Part shown: positions 13,031-26,720 of the stretch, in pieces
Layout: every line of letters begins with the position of its first letter
How positions within the stretch are numbered: position 1 is the stretch's first letter
Origin: Okamejei kenojei
Lineage: Eukaryota
Assembly (NCBI GenBank): GCA_035221665.1
Contig: CM069147.1
Span: 45,260,001-45,324,000 of the forward strand
Reading direction: 5' to 3'
DNA: 64,000 nucleotides
Program-made: the position numbers and the translations under genes
Notes under the pieces: model-generated
Database searches by the model: none
What the model saw: only the letters and a program-made list of their open reading frames with translations
What the model was told of the DNA's origin: nothing

Positions 13031-15854
13031 TGGAGAAAGCCATTGTAGGCCCATAAAAGTGTAGATGTGCAGATGAGTAAAGGGTTGGGTTAAATGAGGG
13101 GAGTTGATCTCAGGTGTTTGTGATTTGGGTATCTACTTGCAAGGTGGTTGCGAATTTGGCACGGCGTCACATTTTTGTTTGTACATTGCATATAAGTAAT
13201 GAGATTACCCTTTTGCAGCACTGACCTTGAAATGCAAAAACTAAATTACCTTTTATTATCTGTTTTGTGCTGTCAGCTCCAAGCCTCCTGCACCCAGTAC
13301 CAACCTTAGCACAGATAACAGGAAGAATTAGGAAAAAAACACATATTTTCAGCTGCCAAACTTGGAGAATTCAGCAGGCTTAATTTTAATAAATGCAAGA
13401 TATCTGCAAGTCCAAAGCCAGTGCCACAAAACAACACAAACAAAGAGGACTTTAAACAGTTTTAGAACTGCAGAACATGAGAGGGACACGAATGAGCATT
13501 CAACCCCTCAAAGACTCTGCCATTCAGCAAGATCTAAACTGACCTTTCACTTCATTGTTTTCGTGCCCTATCCACCTATCCCTTGATTCTCCTAATCCCC
13601 AAAATCTATTTAGTTTCTTTGTTTTGAAAGCATTGAATGACTGAGCCTACACGGCCCTCAGTTGTAAATTGATCAATTTTTGCGTGAGGTTTCCCTATCA
13701 TATTCCTAAATGCCCTATTGTTTATTTTGAGGATGATCCTAAATGCTGGTTCTCTCAGGCAAGGGTCTGAGTATTGTCTGAGCTCTCCATGACTTGTATT
13801 TCAGTGAGGTTACGTCTCATTCTTCACGACAAAGACTTAACATGTGTAATCTCTGCTCATACGACAGATCGACATCTCAGGAACAAATAGAGAATCTTTG
13901 CTGCATTGCCCACCACTACTCTTCTATAGCATCTATCCTTCCACACATTAAGACATACATATGGTAAATAACAGTCCAGGTGAGGTCTCTGTAAAGCCTT
14001 CAGAACTGCAGTAATATACTTAATTTCTACTAAATTCCTCTAAAGGCTAAACCGCCTTTCTATTTGCATCTGCATGTGAGCTTCCAGTGACTCGTGTACA
14101 AGAATGCCCAAGACCCTTTGAACATGGGTTGAATTCAAACCATTTCTTGATCTCCCACCATTTAAACAAATACTCAGCATTTCTGTTTTATTTATCAAAA
14201 ATGATCACACATATGTATTTTTCAAAAAATAAATTCCAAAATGTTAGTTATAGATGCTGCGTGTCCTCTTGGGTTATTCCAGCACTTTGTGTGTCTCTTA
14301 AATTAATTGCTCTTTTTTGTGGTCTCTCAAGAATTCAGAATCCAATGAAATTATAATACGTGAGCAATAAATCATGGAAATCTGAAAAGGGAAGAGGATT
14401 ATCTGCTAGGATTTTCTCACTGGAATCTGTCACTAAATTCACCATCTCTTCTCACTGAATGTACTTGGGAGGCGTTGCAACTGGAAAATTAAGTTAATAA
14501 TTTTGCTTTTTCTCATATGGTCATCAAACAACGCACGCCAACTGTTGGAAAATAACCTGGAGATATAGGGCAGAGCAGCGCGCGGAAAGCGTGCACTGGG
14601 CGAAATATTAATTTTAACCCTGTCCGGCGTTAGGATGATTATTTCCATCTTCTCGTGAGCAGTGCATCTTTGATATACTCTGGCTGCGAGTGATCTGACC
14701 TTTCATTTACCCTTTTGAAGGGGCACTTGGTGAACTTAGAACAAGCTCAGGTACTCAACCCTGGCTTTGAAAATAAAACAAGCACTTCCACCGAGGATTC
14801 CATCGGGGCAAAAAGGACACGTGCTGGAGCCCCGAAATTTTCTTCAGTTCTGGATTTCAGTTTTTGCATGGAAATGCTATTTCTATTTCATAAAATAATG
14901 TCCATCCTCAAGCAACGCGATCAGAGGGACAACTATCACATCATGTCATTATCCTTGTCACGAGCACTCTTTGTACAAAATACATTGCCAAGGTGATGTC
15001 AGCCCACTGCTTGTTCGCCACATCAAACATTTTGTGTCATTACACGACAGTGAATTCCGCTATTGGGATTGTTAAATGCAAACCAACCACTTTATGTAGT
15101 TCTTAAAAATATATGTACAGGGTGTGCACAAAATCACGTCCAATTTGATTGTTGATTGGGAATAATTTGATGGATCTTCACGCTAGGTTCTTAATTTGGG
15201 CTTCAGTGCAGTAGAGAGGGGTGCTTGGAAGGGGTGAGCTAGTGAAGGCTTGAGGGGGATATGTGTTAACAGCCCAGCAATTGACAAATTCATTCAGGAC
15301 TGTTAAAACACAAGCACTGAAATAAAGGTTTAAGATGTGATTGATCGAGTGGCAGTTACAGACACCATGTTTCTTTTATCATGAATTGCGCCAAAATTGT
15401 AAAATCATGCGGTATGCTTTTGTGCTTCGTAGTGATAGCAAGCAGAGGAACTCGCCTCACATGCCTTCGTTTTAAAAGATAGCTATTAACATATGGGTAG
15501 GATTGTCACTGTTGTCCTTATGTGTCGAGTCTGCCTTCACTTTGGCAAGACTTTACACACAGCCATCACATATTGTTTAATTAATACTCCAGTGTTCTTA
15601 ATCTTAACCTTCTAGTAACACATTCTCAAGTGCAAACTTCAATGCTCAACATCATTGAATAATCAATACGGTGAAATAGTGAATATGTTAAAGCCGAATG
15701 GAAGAGTGAAAAACAACAAATGCGGCAAATACATTGTCCACCCGTGAGTGGCAATACAGGACCGGATTGAGCTGTAAAATCAAAATCTGGGCAATGCATT
15801 ATTACCAGGATTGTACAGTAGGTTACAATTACTGAAGATCCAATGAGAAAATGG

Positions 15855-16240
15855 ATTGAAGATAGACACAAAAAGCTGGAGTAACTCAGCGGGACAGGTA
15901 GCATCTCTGGAGAGAATGAATGGGTGACCTTTCGGGTCGAGAGACTTCTTCAGACTAGTTAGTGAAAAGGGAAACAAGAAATATAAACGATGATGTGGAG
16001 ATATAAAGAACAATGAATGACAGATATGCAAAAAAGTAACGATGATAAAGGAAACGGGCCATTGTTAGTTGTTTGTTGGGTGAAAACAAGAACCTGGTGC
16101 GACTGGGGTGGGGGAAGGATGGAGAGAGAGGGAGTGCAGGGGTTACTTGAAGTTAGAGAAATCAATATTCATATCACTAGGCTGTAAGCTGCCAAAGCGA
16201 AATATGAGATGTTGTTCCTCCAATTTGCGCTTAGCCTCAC
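15855..16240 (-). mobile_element. 3' end of a Penelope-like retroelement: GIY-YIG endonuclease C-terminus plus 3' UTR with hammerhead motif
   Basis: Minus strand 16238-16143 reads EAKRKLEEQHLIFRFGSLQPSDMNIDFSNFK*, matching the R..E...I......P.G.N end of PLE GIY-YIG domains; hammerhead-like core at about 15925-15955. Confidence 0.85.
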
Positions 16241-18395
16241 AGCCAAAATTGATCTGTTTCCAGTGCAAACAGGCCCAAGGATAAACCTGTACCTAAACCA
16301 GCACTAAAAACCCAGTCTATCCCAGGCCACAAGCAGTGTGGCATGTGGCAGGAAGTTATTACTCAGGCCCAACGTGCCATGGAAGTAATGCAGCAGGGAT
16401 ACAATCGTTGCCACATTATGGTTGACTGGAAGCTCTTGAAGCTGCCACATCAGTTGTCTTCCTCTCCTTCACCTCAAAATTGTATTAAACTTACAAAGTA
16501 AAATTTAAAAACATATTTAAGCCTATTTTCTGATTCATTTATTGCATCTTGGGTCACTCTCGTATCAAATATTGAAATTAGAGCCTTATTGTGGAGGTTA
16601 CTTAAAGAAAATGTTCAGACTGGCGATGTGAGAAGCTGCAGGGAGAAGGAGACAAGTGACTGGAAAGTGTTTATAACCTATTGACCAAAGTAGCCCATCC
16701 AGACACACAGCAAAATTGTTGACAATCACCTTTTCCCTTTTTCTTTTCACCCCCAATTTCTAAGTGACCTATTTCAGCAATAAGACAAATCCTTCTACCC
16801 TCGTTTCACAAAGTACTCTTTTCACAGTGGTTTCCTTTTCCTCTGAGTTGGATCATTTTCAAGTGACTTAATCAGACATTTGAAGAAATCTCAATGGACA
16901 TAAACAAGAGCGTAAGTGTGTTTCGTGAAATGTTGTCAAAACTCCCTCATGGTGAGAGGCAATTTTACAGTTTAGAGATGCAGAGCAGAAACAGGCCCTT
17001 TGGCCCACCGATGTAGAACGAGGAATCGCCTGGGTCCTCACTTACAACACCAGAAAGAGGATGCACTGCAGATTGTGTGGCGTTGCATAGAAAAAAACAA
17101 AGGAGTAATAAAAACAGGGCCACCTTGATTCTTCTTTAAAAGATTCAATTATATAAGAGCCCTGCTGCAATTTTCCTGGAAGGCGTTCCGATAGGATTAT
17201 TATTGAAAGACAATGTGAATGTTCATTTTGAATGGCAATTGTGTGTGAGCTGTATCCTACCACAGGAAACAGGTACCAAGATGTGAGGCAGCTGGCTCGC
17301 ACAGCACATGCAACATAGCCTCATGGTTTACAAACAACAGAAAGCCTTTGAAGAAAACCTGTCACTGTGATACTGACTAAATGGCCAGGGTGCATATTGC
17401 AGCCACATAAATACAATACACAAAGTTGATAGTTTTTTTTTTCATTTAGTCCTGTGAGGCAGATATTTCATATCTCTTCCTGCAGGCTATTTTCGACACA
17501 ATGAGCAAGAAACACTATCCAAAGGCTGGCATCGCTCAGCTACTTGAAATGTGCTTTGGGCCAAGGACATTAACATTGTCATGAGCTGCAATCAAATCAT
17601 GTTTAAATATTTGCCAGTGGATTGGAAAATGCAATGGTACAGATATGGCAAGAGAAGGAGTAACAGGACACCTATTTGCCATTATGATGGAGATATCAGC
17701 CCACTCTGAATATGTATAACCCAGAAAACGTATTGATTTTTTATTTGGAATAAGAATCACCAACCTGAAACTGTCAGATTCCTTTGTTAATAGCTCATCC
17801 CCTGTAGATGCAGTCCACCACAAACCAGTTTTAATTGTAATGCATGCACTCAAACAAACAAACACAAGCTGTCCTGGACCATTCACCTTTTTAAATCCAT
17901 CTTTCCAAATGAACAAATCGTCAATAGTGGCTCAGAATTTGCCACAACCCGGGCATCTCACAACATAATTGTTTTTAATAATCTTTCCCTTCGTTATGAA
18001 TATTTTTTAGCAGCAATTGTTGGGAGCATGATGAAGCTTTTGACAGCCACTGATAATGATGGCTTGAAGCTGACAGGGCAGGCCCCACCATCTTGGTGAG
18101 CTATGGGACCAAACGTTTATCTCCTCAACGAGTGATGGTCAAAGATTGACGGTGCAGTGGTTCCAACTGTTGGGACTGGGACTGTTCACAAGCAAACTCT
18201 CAACCTTGCCTCAAATTGCCGAATGACTGACATGTCAACATCAACATCTGCAGTAAACTCACCGCTATTTTCCCAGTCTTCTTTATGTGTTTGAACGTGG
18301 TCTCATTTGTCCACGTACTGAACACTTAGTGCTGAAGCATACCAGGGATGGCGGAACTCTAATTCCATTCACCGCAACCAATACCTGACCTATTA

Positions 18396-18452
18396 AGTTA
18401 CTCCAACGCTTTGTGTCTTTTTCTGTAAACCAGCATCTGCAGTTCCTTGCTT
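18396..18452 (+). mobile_element. Penelope-like module terminal fragment
   Basis: agttactccaacgctttgtgtc...aaaccagcatctgcagttcctt. Confidence 0.55.
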
Positions 18453-18597
18453 CCATGTTTTGCTGCTCTATTGCAAAATCTACTCAAGGTATGTCTACTT
18501 TGAAGAAGTTCTCCATACTCCGATGGTAGTTCTGTGATACCCTCTCTCATTGATCCTCCTCTGCGATTCCTGCCACTCTCCTGCTCTTCCACCGTGT

Positions 18598-18950
18598 TCA
18601 GTTCCGTTTAGTTTATTGCCACATGTTCCAAGGTACAGTGAAAAGCTTTTGTTACGTGCTAACCAGCCAGTGGAAAGACAATACATGATTACAATCGATC
18701 CATTCACAGTGTACAGTTACATGATAAGGGAATAGCGTTTAGTACAAAGTAAATGTCATGACGAAGTCATGCCCCACTGCCTCAGTGACCCAGTCTCGAA
18801 CTTGACCTTGGGTGCAGTGTGTGAGTGGATTTTGCACATGGCTCCCTTCTCCCAACCCGGTGCTCAGGTTTCCTCCCATACTCCAAAGGATGAAAACAAA
18901 ACTAAATGGGAATGTTTTGACATAGACTCAATGGGCCAAATGACCTTCCT
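18598..18950. mobile_element. Rex1/L2-type LINE tail fragment followed by a degenerate HE1-type SINE
   Basis: ccaaggtacagtgaaaagcttt...catgattacaat is shared with 42966-43120; ctgcctcagtgaccc...ggtgctcaggtttcctcccatactccaaag is SINE-like. Confidence 0.55.
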
Positions 18951-20003
18951 CTCGTGAGAAAATGCGGAATATATATTGCCACTCACAAAGAGGAAATGTT
19001 TTTGGAGGATTTTGGGTTTTTTTTTTTGCTTTTGCCTTCTGCTTTATTATATTTAGTACTTCACTCTTTCAACATTAAGAATCGTGGAGCATTAACTAAA
19101 CAATATGTAATCCCCATGTGTACACACTTGTCCATGTTCCTTTAGTGTGCTGCTTTTGCAGTAGGGAGACTTGCATTCCATTCACCTGGGCTGGATTGGA
19201 ACATGGTTGCAGAGATGAAAAGTTGATGTCTCACCCGCTCCAATGCCAAGAAGACCTTTGAACTGACTGTTTGAAATAACACCATCTATTCCATTGCTTT
19301 CATGTGGTCAAGGTGCAATTAAACCTTGAGCTCGAGGTTAACACAGGGTGGATTTGTGTACACCTCAGTGCGGAGATGTCCATGGTGTATACTAAGCTCA
19401 GAGACACGGAACACTCACTTGCAAACTCATTTGCTGTTTTGAGTCTGCAAGTTGTGCTCTATAACTATTTGCTTTTAAAACTGCAGCATTTCAACACAAG
19501 TTCACTTGCCTTTCATTATTCTTTTATAAAGTCTCTGATGTACTGAGGTGTGGGTAGTTACTAGGCAGTATTTATTTTATCTTTTCAAAGTGATTAATAT
19601 TTTCTTGTTACCCTGGACTCCAGCCGAGATAGTAAGTAACTGAGCTGGTCGACAGCCGATTTGATGTTGGACATTTCCCAATACAGAACAGATCAATAAC
19701 ACTAGTGCGGCAATGTACTGCTGTGATTGTGACACCACATGGCTTGGCATCTTCCTCGTACGATTCAGCTGAACTTTAGGAAATGGGGAGCATGTTCTCT
19801 GAATCGTACCACGCAATGGTGTTTGTTTACAGAGCCTCCCTCAATCCCCACCCCCCCCAACCCTGCAAGTGCTGGGATGCATCTCTTGCGCAAAGCCATT
19901 TGTCCGCTGATGAAGGGTTTCAGTTATAATGAAAACCACAGCACTTGGGACTGTGAGCAGAAAGGACAGAGATGCATAAAATCTTGACAGTTTTAAAAGA
20001 GTA

Positions 20004-20229
20004 AGGGCCTGTCCCACTTGGCCGTCATTTGCTCGTCACTTCCTCAACATCATTTATGCGTCACGACGCACGACGGGCACGTTGTGACCCGCACGTGATG
20101 CGCGCATGGTGTGTGGCGACGTAGGCAGTGACTCCAGGTCGTGCGCGACGCCCCAGGATTTTGGGATGTACAAAATCTTTGCGCGCCATCTGCATGGCGT
20201 GCAAATGACGCCCAAGTGGGACAGGCCCT
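20004..20229. mobile_element. PIF/Harbinger-like MITE, CpG-rich
   Basis: TIR agggcctgtcccacttgg / ccaagtgggacaggccct; 3-bp TSD GTA (20001-20003, 20230-20232); same subfamily as 58124-58313. Confidence 0.85.
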
Positions 20230-21170
20230 GTAGATGTCAGCTATTCCCATCAGCGGAGGTATCAAAGACACATTTACATTGATTGCCAAACATCCAGGGT
20301 GATGCAAGGAAAAAGTTATTTGCACAGCCTCTGTGGTGGATACAGATTCAGTTGTCGCTTTCAAAGGGAATTTGATAAATATTTGGTGATCAAAGTTGGG
20401 GAAACGGGGCAATGAAGGTAACGGGTTTGTGCTGAAGGACAGAATGGTGAGCTGTAATGAATTAGCAGGTTTATGAAATGCAACGTCTATTGCAGAATGA
20501 AACTCTTATTAATTCTTGTGTGAGATTGAAATCAGGTGAGATTATAACTGCATCCTCACTAAAGTCAACCACAAGTTGGATCCTGGTGCATGGCAGAGCT
20601 GAGACCACACTATTGGTGTTTTATATCTTTGAGGCCCAGCCCGTTTCAAGGTGACTTGTCCATCTCGGGCCTAAATTCATATTTTAGTTTAATCGGGTCT
20701 GATTCCCAGATCAAAAGAAACTTCAAATGTAATCACATGTTGTTCTATTGATCTATCCCTTTTAACCCATTGAGATTCTCAGAAGAGGAGCTGTGAATCC
20801 ATATAAAGCCCTCGTACCTATATTTAATTTACAGAGAACGTCTTGTGTTAACCGTTCTTGTATCTGTGCAGTAACTCCCTGCTCACTTGCCCCAGTAATG
20901 TATTCCTTCGTAAAGGACACTACCCACTCCCCTCCATGCCTGACCTCCCTCATGTGATGTACTTCTCAGACCGCAGGGCCAGAACTACACCCTTACTTCT
21001 TCCCCCCCCCCCCCCCAACACTCCCCATTTGTGTAATGTAAAGCCTGCATGTCTCTGGCTAGCAGTGCTCTGCAGACCTGATAGTATATACATAAAACTG
21101 ATGGAAGAGGCAATCAAAAGCTACATTGTGAAATACCTGCAGAGAGTGAAAGGGAGAGTGTGTGAGAGAG

Positions 21171-21173
<3 letters not shown>

Positions 21174-21201
<28 letters not shown>
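21174..21201. repeat. (GT)n microsatellite
   Basis: Direct dinucleotide run. Confidence 0.95.
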
Positions 21202-21441
21202 TGGTGAGAGAACGCGATGCCAAATAGTTTTAATTGGGACAATTTTTGGCCATCCAGTCACCGTATGGCTCCTTTGACAAAACAATCTGATCATGTTTAC
21301 ACAGGTTACATTATCTCTGATGGGGTTGTTGCAGCTGCTGTTAAGTTCTTCAAAAGTTATGCCAAGGAACCTCAAGAATACTTACTTTCTTTTCTCACCG
21401 AACAGCTGGGGAACTTAATGAGCAAAAATCTCAATCAGCTA

Positions 21442-21468
21442 ACCTGACCTGACCTGACCTGACCTGAC
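21442..21468. repeat. (ACCTG)5 pentanucleotide repeat
   Basis: acctgacctgacctgacctgacctgac. Confidence 0.95.
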
Positions 21469-23441
21469 TTTGCATATTGTCCTTAATAAGGACTTACATT
21501 AAAGCATTGACGAAACTGTTCATTCTTTGGGAAGTGGAGGATTGTCATTGTTCTGGGGCCCCCAGTCACTGCTGTTTGTGATTAAGTTGATGTGTAAAGT
21601 TTTGCTGTTTGCAGGATTCGGCCCCTTCACAGCATTGGCACAAAGTGCTCATTCACATTTAGATTAGTCTAACAGCTCCAGAGGTCAGTCTAAGGTCAGA
21701 CTTAGTAATGATGTAAGGAGAGGCATGTCTGGGATTCTTATTTTGAACTGAAACATGTACCAGGAACTATTGAGAAAGATGCACCAGCAAGTAAAAGAGT
21801 CCAGACCTGTGGGTACAATCTTTCTGCTTGATACCTTAACGGACAATGGTTGTTTTGTTTAAAGTAACCTTCCTGCTTTTTATGGTCCTATTTACTAGGC
21901 CCAGGGCAGCAGATCACTGTTTCTGAGTTATTGCGGGATTATTTTTAAAAGAGAAAGGTGACTCGGATGGTAGATTACATGCAGCCAGAAAGCACAATCT
22001 TTGCAAGGAGATGTAGATGTGTTACAGCAGTAGAGAGATGTTTAGAGATGGAGAGGTGCACAAGATCAAAAAAAAAACCTGGACTATGCATGAAAGAATC
22101 ACAGCATGGAAGCCAGCGCTCATTGTCTCTGAGCGCACTCCAGCCAGCAGTGCATGTCGTTTCTCATTTTATTACAATAAAAAGGCGCAAGGATTGTCAC
22201 TTCAATAACCACAAAGCAATTTCTTTTTTTATATATTTACAAAAAAAAATCCTTTTTAAAAAAAAATTAGAAGATTACCCTTCCTTCGAAGATTGCAATT
22301 AAGAGCCAGTTAATATCCACAAGTGGGGAAACGCCTTTTTTTAATGAAAAAGTGGCTTGCTTTTTTTTTCTTCGCAAAGAGATCTTAGATCTTGTCACAG
22401 TGTAATGCAACTGAACTGACTGACGGCAACTCAGGCCTCCAGGAATAATATCCTGTTTTGTGGCTAAAGCTGAGATATTTTACAGGCATGAGCGAAAGAT
22501 GAAATGCGGATGCCAACCGACCTTTGCCCTTTCCGAGTTACTTCATACAGTATTAGCTTTTGATGGTATTGGTATGTGAGGTACCTTAGCTTTCTCTGCA
22601 AACCTGATTTATTTTTTTGCATCCTTTGATCTTAATTTTTTTTTGAAGAAAAGGTCCTGGGTTTAAAAATTCGAAATTAAAAAAAAACCTGCCACAATGT
22701 ACATTACATCAGTAAAAGTCTTATTAAAAATCAATGTAGCACAGCAGGATAAGAGGTGGTAAAATATCTTTTCATATGATGGATTCCATCAGGAGGCAGA
22801 TATCCAAGTCGCCACAGGGACTGCCTCTTGGAATCCTACACTTGTACCGAGATTTTAATATGATTAATTGATGTGGTCCAAAATGGTGCATGCAGAAAGC
22901 ATTATAAGATTCTCTTTTTAAATCAGTTTGTTTTTATTGTATCATGCCTGGTATCCAGACACCATGGTGAGGTATATTATTACCATGTGCACAGGTTAGT
23001 GGGGGTGGAGGGGGTTGGCTCGGGAAACAGGTTGACGTTCAACGTCTGCTTGCTTAGACTGCCACCTATAGGTCAAACATGGAAACGAGCAGACGACCAA
23101 ACAATTGTGTCCTGATGAACAAATTGAAAATCTTGTCATATTCGGCATTGTTTAGGCATATTTTAAATCATGTCCTTCTGAACATAGATTATTGTTCTAA
23201 AGTAGTCTTAAATGTGATTCTCCCAGTATATCCTAACATTAAATACTAAATGAAAACGATGCAATTGTGAAGTTAACTATGTTGGCTACGAGCCAGTTAC
23301 GTTCTCCTTGCATTCTTCCCTGCGATGTTTTGACTCCATAAGTTCAATTGGAAAATGTTTGACATCAAATATTGCGATTATCTCACTCTTTGCTCCCGTC
23401 AGAAGCACATTCTTCATTAACCTTTTTTCCTCCTTCCTCAG

Positions 23442-23549
23442 AAGAAACCAACGAAGATGTGGAAGGCCTTAATGAGCCCATGCAGGAAGCAGAAGATTCT
23501 ACCAAAGACAAAGACAGTGGAAGCGAGAAGGAACCCAGCAAAGACACAG
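23442..23549 (+). CDS. ZFHX3: Internal coding exon (108 nt, phase 1-1) of a zinc finger homeobox gene, most likely ZFHX3 (ATBF1); peptide (E)ETNEDVEGLNEPMQEAEDSTKDKDSGSEKEPSKDT(G)
   Basis: Seen: branch-like ttaac, strong polypyrimidine tract ccttttttcctccttcctcag, purine-rich open exon, donor CAG|gtagag, length divisible by 3. Recalled: the ZFHX3 linker exon EEAIEDVEGPSE...KDQ.. between zinc-finger clusters is flanked by large introns and phase-1 boundaries. ZFHX4 is a less likely alternative. Confidence 0.7.
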
Positions 23550-25384
23550 GTAGAGCAATACGTACATATACTGTATGTTTCCCAACCACCTATAGGAATT
23601 GAGAATTTTGTGAGAATTCTTTCACAAGAATTAGCTACACAATTCCAAATGATGTCAATATATTTCAACAGCTTCAATGACAGTCAATTTTTGTAGCTTA
23701 TTTTGCATTCTCTATAAGTAAAACTTCAAAGCAAAGCTGAAAGAGGTTAAACAAAAAAAGGTACAATCATCAGCCCACCAAAATGTTGAACATTTGCTTT
23801 GCACAGACTTAGTTTGATCCAACGTTTCAGTGGGGATTCTAAATGTTTGTTTGATAAGTTGAGGCAAAAACAGTTTTAATTGTATGTGCACTGGAATGAA
23901 ATAATACAAGTCTACACTTGAGAAGTTGAAATAACCTGCATCTGAAACTCTTTGGATTCCAGGGTGCTCAATGCAATGAATTTTGTCATAATCTGTAGAT
24001 GTCACCTGTTGGATGACAAGTACCATTTCACTATTCAGCTGTTATTTAGTTCTTTGTATGATGTGGAATGAGTTATGATTTGCAGATCTTACTTATGAGA
24101 TTTGGTCTGGGAAGTCATGGACATGGAAACTGCAGTCCTGTTAGAACTGTACCTTAACTTGATACAACTATTTCAGGGTATTATTCGTAATGAAGTATTT
24201 GGAGCAAAGATATTTAAATCCCCTAAGAATGTCCTTATTTTCCCGACAAGTAAAATTGGACTTAGGAACACAATTGAATGCCAAAGTGTCCAGTGATAAA
24301 GGCAAACAGAATTGTATGTGATAACTGCTTACAACCTGATGCATCATTCTGCTTTGTGAGACATGATGGTGACCAAGAGAGGTTTTTGGTTACTTATAAC
24401 ATAATCATCACAGACACAATGATGTCAGAAAATTATTGCATTCTTTAAAATTATCGTCTGTTTATGAAACAGTTAAATGAGTTATTGTTTGAAATGTGAG
24501 CGGAGAATTTGAAGTTTTTAACAAGTCTCTTAACTGCATGGTCAATGCAATTTAAAATAGTGTTTATGAAACAAAATCTTTGTTCAAAATGAATGGCAAC
24601 AAATCAAAAGAACATTCTGGCAGGAATTTGGGATTTCGTGTAAAGGCACCTTCCGTTAATATTGATAACCAATTTATAAAATAATTTACTTGAAATTGGT
24701 CTGAAATATTAGCCTGGCATTCCCTGTAATATGTCTGCCTACTTCAACATCACGCTTCCATTACATTTCCACTCGTGTCTGTCCTCATTTTCTTAACCAA
24801 AAATGTATTATTTGATAAAACAATTTCCATAATAACTAGTTTTTCATACAAAATGCATTGTGATTGCACAGTAATTCTTTTATGTGAAAATTGCATTACT
24901 AGACCATAAAATGAATATTAAAATGATTCATTACTTTAATGAAATTATTTATAAAGTTTTAGGGCATTTAAAGATTAGTTAAAATTATAAAACTGAATGA
25001 TCTTTTTACACGTTCATTTTTATTTTTCATAAAATTAGCCACAAAAAAAAGGCATTTTGGTATCTTTCCTCAGTTCAAGTTGAATTTCACATAGATTGCT
25101 GTATTCTATTCAATTTGTTGCCCACTTACAATTTCTAGCCCTTTGAGTGCAAAAGTTCCCATTTACCACATTTCTATGAAGGTAAATGGTACTCATGAAT
25201 AATCTGTGTGCTCTAAAACCATATAATAGCAGATTCTTGGTATAATACCACTGCACATACCATAAATTATCATATAAGACTCCATTTTTAATTTTTGTGA
25301 AGAACCTATAAAAAAGTGCCAATTTACACTTAAATTGTGTGAGAATTTTACTGTGCACGCAAATATGTAGTAGTATAAAGTACG

Positions 25385-26720
25385 TCCTCAATGGCTATTT
25401 CTTCTCTGTTTTTTCCATGGAGAAAGCCATGAAGACTAGGGAACTTGGGAGGTGTTTTGAGGACAGTCCTAATTACAGTCGAAGAGGTGCTGGACATCCT
25501 AAGACATTTGAAGGTTGAAAAATCTCCGTGGCCTGATCAGATATTTCCAAGAACACTCTGGGAAGCTAGAAAGTAAATTGCAGAAGTCATGGCTGAAATA
25601 TATGATCACCATTAGACATCGGTGAAGTGCCAGAAGTCTGGAGGGTGGCAAATACGGTGCTTCTATTTAAGAAGTAAACCTGTGAACCATGGGCTAGTGA
25701 GCTTAACATTTGTAGCAAGATAGTTGCTGGAGAAGATTTTGAGGCATTTGGATAGACAGTGTTCGGGCGAGTCAGCATTATTTTTGTATGTGGGAGATTG
25801 TTTAGGTTGACGAGGACTGGTAGGCTGCTCTAGAAGGCCAGATGGCATGGGATCCAGGGAGAGCTAGCTAAGTGGATACAGACTTGGCAACTTGGCAGGA
25901 AGCAGAGGGTGGTGGTGTGATGACGATTGTTCCTCAGACTGAATGCCCGCAAGAAGTGATCAGCTGGGCAAGTGGACTGAGAAATGGATAATGGAGTTTA
26001 ATGCAGATAGGTGTGAGGTCACAGTGTGAAAACAGGCCCTTCGGCCCATCTTGTCCACACTGGCCAACATGTTCCAGCTATACTCATCCCACCTGCCTGT
26101 ACCTGGTCCATATCCCTCCAAACCTGTCCTATCCATGTACCTGTCTAACTTTTTCATAAACGTTGGGATAGTGCCAGCATCAACTACTTTCCCTGGCAGC
26201 TTGTTGCATTCACCCACCACCCTATGTGTGAAAAGGTTATCCCTCAGATTCCTATTAATTATTTTCCCCTTCACCTTGAACCTATGTCCTCTGTTCCTCA
26301 ATTCCCCTACTCTGGGCAAGAGACTCTGTGCATCAACCCAATCTATTCCTCTCATGATTCTATACACCTCTATAAGATCACCCCTCATCCTCCTGTGCTC
26401 CAAGAAATAGAGACCCAGCCCACTCAACCTCTCCCGACAAGGGATTCACGAAATAGAGGAAAGATTTAATAGAAACCTGAGGGGCAACATTTTCACACTG
26501 AGTTGAGGCGGGTTCAGGAAATGAGCTGCCAGAGGAAGTAGTTGAGGCATGTGCAATAACAATATTTGAAAGACATTTGGGCAACTACCTGGATAGGGAA
26601 GGTTTAGAGGAATATACATCAAACCTTTGGGACCAGCTTAGATGTGGCATCTTGGCCAGCATGGATGAGTTGGATTAAAGGGTTGTGTGACTGTTTTCAT
26701 GTTGTGTGACTCTTTAACTC
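25385..26720 (+). mobile_element. Decayed CR1/HER1 LINE (reverse transcriptase remnants and 3' tail) with an internal inverted fragment
   Basis: RT remnants (KSPWPDQIFPRTL-like, aatgcagataggtgtgaggt = NADRCEV) and a typical 3' tail ending tgtgtgactct. Confidence 0.8.
26020..26435 (-). mobile_element. HER1/CR1 LINE 3' fragment nested in the opposite orientation
   Basis: ORF track LGLYFLEHRRMRGDLIEVYRIMRG..RGHRFKV is the CR1 ORF2 C-terminus. Confidence 0.9.
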
